From: an uncultured delta proteobacterium | GTDB taxonomy: Bacteria > Myxococcota_A > Polyangia > Polyangiales > B10-G4 | DNA: 64,000 nucleotides | Direction: 5' to 3' | Assembly (NCBI GenBank): GCA_963727445.1 | Contig: CAVSGI010000009.1 | Span: 832,001-896,000 of the forward strand | In this document: positions 60,952-64,000 of the stretch, piece by piece | Layout of the letters: each line of letters starts with the position of its first letter | Numbering within the stretch: the stretch's first letter is position 1 | Translations under genes and position numbers: made by a program | Notes under the pieces: generated by a model | The model's input: only the letters and a program-made list of their open reading frames with translations | Told to the model about the DNA's origin: nothing | Database searches by the model: none

Positions 60952-61808
60952 GACGCCCAGCCGAGAGTGCGCCCCGTCCCCGCTGGCTCTTGCTCAGCCT
61001 CCTGCTGCTGTCCGCATGCGGAACCTCGCCGCGCACCGAGGTGGTCCTGCTGGTGTCGACGGATTACGCCGTGCCTTCCGAGGTCGACGCCTTCAACGCG
61101 ACCGTCGACGCGCCGGACATGGAGATCCAGACCGCGAGCGCGACGCTGTCGAGCCCCTCCGATGAGCCGCGGACACTCGGGCTCGTCTACCGCGACGGAC
61201 CGCTCGGACCCTTCGACGCGACCATCCAGGGAATGCTTGGAGGTGGCGTGGTCGCTACTCGTCGCGCGCGCTTCACTTTTCAGGAAGGCCGCACCCTCGT
61301 GCTACGCATCCACCTCTCGCGCTCGTGTGAGAGCGTCCGCTGTGCAGGGGACGAGACCTGCGAGGACGGCGCCTGTCGACCCATCCTGGTCGCCCCCGAT
61401 GAGCTCCAGCCCTGGCCGCCCACCATGATGGATGCGGCGACCGATGCCTTGGATGGGGCCGTGGATTCGGCCCCGCCCGACGCCGCGATGGATGGGTCCA
61501 TGGATTCCGGCCCGATGGACGCTGGGGTGGATGCCGAAGCGGGGACGTTGCCCACCTGCGACAGCCTCTTCGCCGATCGGGTCGACTACGACGCCTGCGA
61601 CCAACGGCCCTCCGAGTGTGAGTTCTTTGCGAATCCCGCGTCGAACATGAGCTGTGGTCAAGTGTGTGCAGCCGCGGGCGAGACCTGCGTCAGCGCCTCC
61701 ATCCCTGCCAACGACACCGGCCGCAACCGCTGCAACGCCGCCATGGCCAGCACCTGCGACGCGTTGGAGGACCTGCTTCTGTGTGTATGCTCGCGTACAC
61801 CACGTTGA
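60948..61808 (+). CDS. Cys-rich lipoprotein
   Basis: LSAC lipobox; TEVVLLVSTD; Asp/Met-rich linker; Cys-rich tail. Confidence 0.8.
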   Translation: MRRPAESAPRPRWLLLSLLLLSACGTSPRTEVVLLVSTDYAVPSEVDAFNATVDAPDMEIQTASATLSSPSDEPRTLGLVYRDGPLGPFDATIQGMLGGGVVATRRARFTFQEGRTLVLRIHLSRSCESVRCAGDETCEDGACRPILVAPDELQPWPPTMMDAATDALDGAVDSAPPDAAMDGSMDSGPMDAGVDAEAGTLPTCDSLFADRVDYDACDQRPSECEFFANPASNMSCGQVCAAAGETCVSASIPANDTGRNRCNAAMASTCDALEDLLLCVCSRTPR

Positions 61809-61864
61809 CGGAAGACCTCAGGTAGAGCGGATCATTTCCGGAAATTCGGTGTATGCTCTCCGGG

Positions 61865-63937
61865 ATGTCCGGGTCGCCCGAGTCCCCGGAAGACGAGGAC
61901 GTGAACGAGCCTGCTGGGAAGAAAGCGCCCGGCCTCACGCCCATCGCTCCGTCCAAAAAGCGTGACGAGCAACGCTCGGGGATCACGCCACGTCCATCGC
62001 CCGAAGCGATCGCGAAGCCGCCGGCGAAGAGCGGGAGCACGGCATCGACCGACAAGGACGACGCGAAGGACATCGATCGCGCGACGCAGAGCGAATCCGG
62101 CGTCGCTGCGGTGAAGAAGGCCATCGTTCCGCCCAAGGCCAAGCTGCCGGGCAAGCTGCCACCAACGCCCAAGGTCCCGAGCGTCGCGAAGTCGAAGAAG
62201 GACGAGGGTGAGGCGTCGAAGGCTGCGAAGCCCCCGCCGCCGAAGAAGGCCGAGAAGGAAGTCGAGAAGAAGGCGGAGCAGAAGGACGCAGTGGCAGCGC
62301 TCGGGTCGATGTCCTCGCCCTTCCCGGACGAGACGAAGGATCCGGAGGACTCGTCGGCCACGATGCGCCCTCCGGACGCGGGTGAGCTGTCGAACCCGAG
62401 CGAGCCGCTGCCCGTCGACGACTCTCTCGACATCTCCGTCGAGTCTCTCATCCCGGGCCCGATGGACGACCAGGATCCCTTCCTGACGTCGCTGCCGCCG
62501 TCAGCCATCGCGTTCGGCCGCTATCACCTCCTCGGCCGATTGGCGGTCGGTGGTATGGCGGAGATCTTCCTCGCCAACGAGCAGACCGAGGGCGGTGCTT
62601 CGCGTCACGTCGTGGTGAAGATGGCGCGCCCCCATCTGACGGAGCTCACCGGCTTCGACGACATGTTCACCAACGAGGGGCGCGTGGCCATGCGGCTCAC
62701 GCACCCGAACATCTGCCACGTCTACGAGTTCGGCAAGGAGCGCGGCCGTTACTTCATGGCGATGGAGTGGGTCAACGGCGTGTCGGTGCGCGATCTGACG
62801 CGTCGAGCCAAGCAGCGGGGCGAGCAGCTGCCTCTCGACGTGGTGGTCAAGATCATCGCGCAGGTCGCGGACGCGCTCGACTACGCGCACCGCCTCCGGG
62901 ACGCGCGCGGACGCTCGCTGAACATCGTCCATCGCGACGTCAGCCCTCACAACATCATGGTGAGCTACGACGGCGTGGTGAAGCTGCTCGACTTCGGTGT
63001 GGCCAAGGGTGGGCACACGAAGGAGACGACGCAGTCGGGCACCGTGAAGGGCAAGTTCAACTACATGTCGCCCCAGCAGTGCACGGGCCGCTCGATCGAC
63101 GGCCGCGCCGACATCTTCTCGCTCGGCGTCTGCTTGTGGGAGGCGCTGACGGCGAAGGCGCTATTCAAGCGGGAGACTCAGTACGAGACATTCAAGGCGA
63201 TCATCGAGGACGAGGTCCCCGCGATCTCCAGTTTTCGCGACGACGTGCCGGAGGAGCTCGACCAGCTCCTCGGCAAGGCGCTCGCGAAGACGCTCGCCGA
63301 TCGCTACAAGACCGCTGGCGAGTTCCACGACGACCTCGCTCACTTCCTGCAGAGGCGCGGTGAGGTGGTGTCGTCGTCCCGCTTGTCCCGCTACATGGAA
63401 GGCCTCTTCGAAGAGGAGATCGCGAACGGACCCGAGCTCGAGACCAGCGAGGAGATCTTCGCTCGGATCGCCCCTGCGGAATCCCTCAAGGCCGAGAGCG
63501 CCAAGCCCTCGACCGCGCCGAAGAACAAATGGCTCCTGCCGCTGGTCGCCGGCGTCCTCGGCGTGCTGGCCGGCGTCGTCCTGATCGTCACCCTCGCCTC
63601 CGACGGCGACGACCAGGCGAACACGAACAACCCTCAGATCGCCACGCCGCCACCGGAGACGGCTCCCCCCGACAATCCGCCCCCTGACACCACCATGGCG
63701 CAGATCGTCGAAGAGCCCGTGATGGAAGTCGAAGCCCCCGTCATGGACGTCGCCATGGACGAGATGGAAGAAGAAGAAGTGTCGGCCATGTCGGACGAAG
63801 AGGAAGTGGTCGGCGAGGGCTCGAGCGAAGAAGAAGACGGACACGAAGACGAGACCGAAGCCGGGATGCACCACCGGGGCATGCGGCGCTCCATGCGCTC
63901 CACGATGGGCGGCTTCGTCACCGATCCCGGCTTCTGA
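61865..63937 (+). CDS. Membrane Ser/Thr protein kinase with long Lys/Pro-rich N-terminal extension
   Basis: LAVGGMAEIF, VVVK, HRDVSPHN, DFGVA, GKFNYMSPQ; TM; acidic Met-rich tail. Confidence 0.94.
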   Translation: MSGSPESPEDEDVNEPAGKKAPGLTPIAPSKKRDEQRSGITPRPSPEAIAKPPAKSGSTASTDKDDAKDIDRATQSESGVAAVKKAIVPPKAKLPGKLPPTPKVPSVAKSKKDEGEASKAAKPPPPKKAEKEVEKKAEQKDAVAALGSMSSPFPDETKDPEDSSATMRPPDAGELSNPSEPLPVDDSLDISVESLIPGPMDDQDPFLTSLPPSAIAFGRYHLLGRLAVGGMAEIFLANEQTEGGASRHVVVKMARPHLTELTGFDDMFTNEGRVAMRLTHPNICHVYEFGKERGRYFMAMEWVNGVSVRDLTRRAKQRGEQLPLDVVVKIIAQVADALDYAHRLRDARGRSLNIVHRDVSPHNIMVSYDGVVKLLDFGVAKGGHTKETTQSGTVKGKFNYMSPQQCTGRSIDGRADIFSLGVCLWEALTAKALFKRETQYETFKAIIEDEVPAISSFRDDVPEELDQLLGKALAKTLADRYKTAGEFHDDLAHFLQRRGEVVSSSRLSRYMEGLFEEEIANGPELETSEEIFARIAPAESLKAESAKPSTAPKNKWLLPLVAGVLGVLAGVVLIVTLASDGDDQANTNNPQIATPPPETAPPDNPPPDTTMAQIVEEPVMEVEAPVMDVAMDEMEEEEVSAMSDEEEVVGEGSSEEEDGHEDETEAGMHHRGMRRSMRSTMGGFVTDPGF

Positions 63938-64000
63938 CGGCGTGGCCATCAGCCCCGAATCGGGCTATTTAGATTCCGCGGCCTCCGCCCTCGTGGCGGA

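Noticed and set aside
63938..64000. Terminator or ncRNA at the window end (TCCGCC-N5-GGCGGA hairpin)
   Set aside because: Truncated by the window edge; no U-tract or recognisable RNA family visible

Overview
High-GC (roughly 70% by eye), gene-dense window. The gene content looks myxobacterial (Polyangiales/Sandaracinus-like): eukaryotic-type Ser/Thr kinases, an FHA-sigma54 activator, a MYXO-CTERM protein, an AgmX/PglI domain and many Cys/Asp-rich lipoproteins. The taxonomy is inferred from gene content only. About 58 CDS are supported; I found no rRNA, tRNA, CRISPR array or transposase. Main points: (1) a regB-regA-mbnP-mbnH-barrel-accessory copper/redox module with two RegA-type boxes and a His-rich loop in RegB; (2) a single 782-aa ORF that appears to fuse degenerate ExbB/TolQ-, ExbD- and TonB/AgmX-like parts; (3) putative surface copper enzymes (a His-brace LPMO-like MYXO-CTERM protein and a lysyl-oxidase lipoprotein); (4) a REP/REPIN-like repeat trio between a site-2 protease gene and folE; (5) a family of acidic, often Met-rich 'CGDD' lipoproteins; (6) repeated TAnnnT-N7-start leaderless architecture; (7) about 10 single-base frameshifts, probably sequencing errors, several inside GATC sites. 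All family calls come from motif recognition by eye, not database searches.
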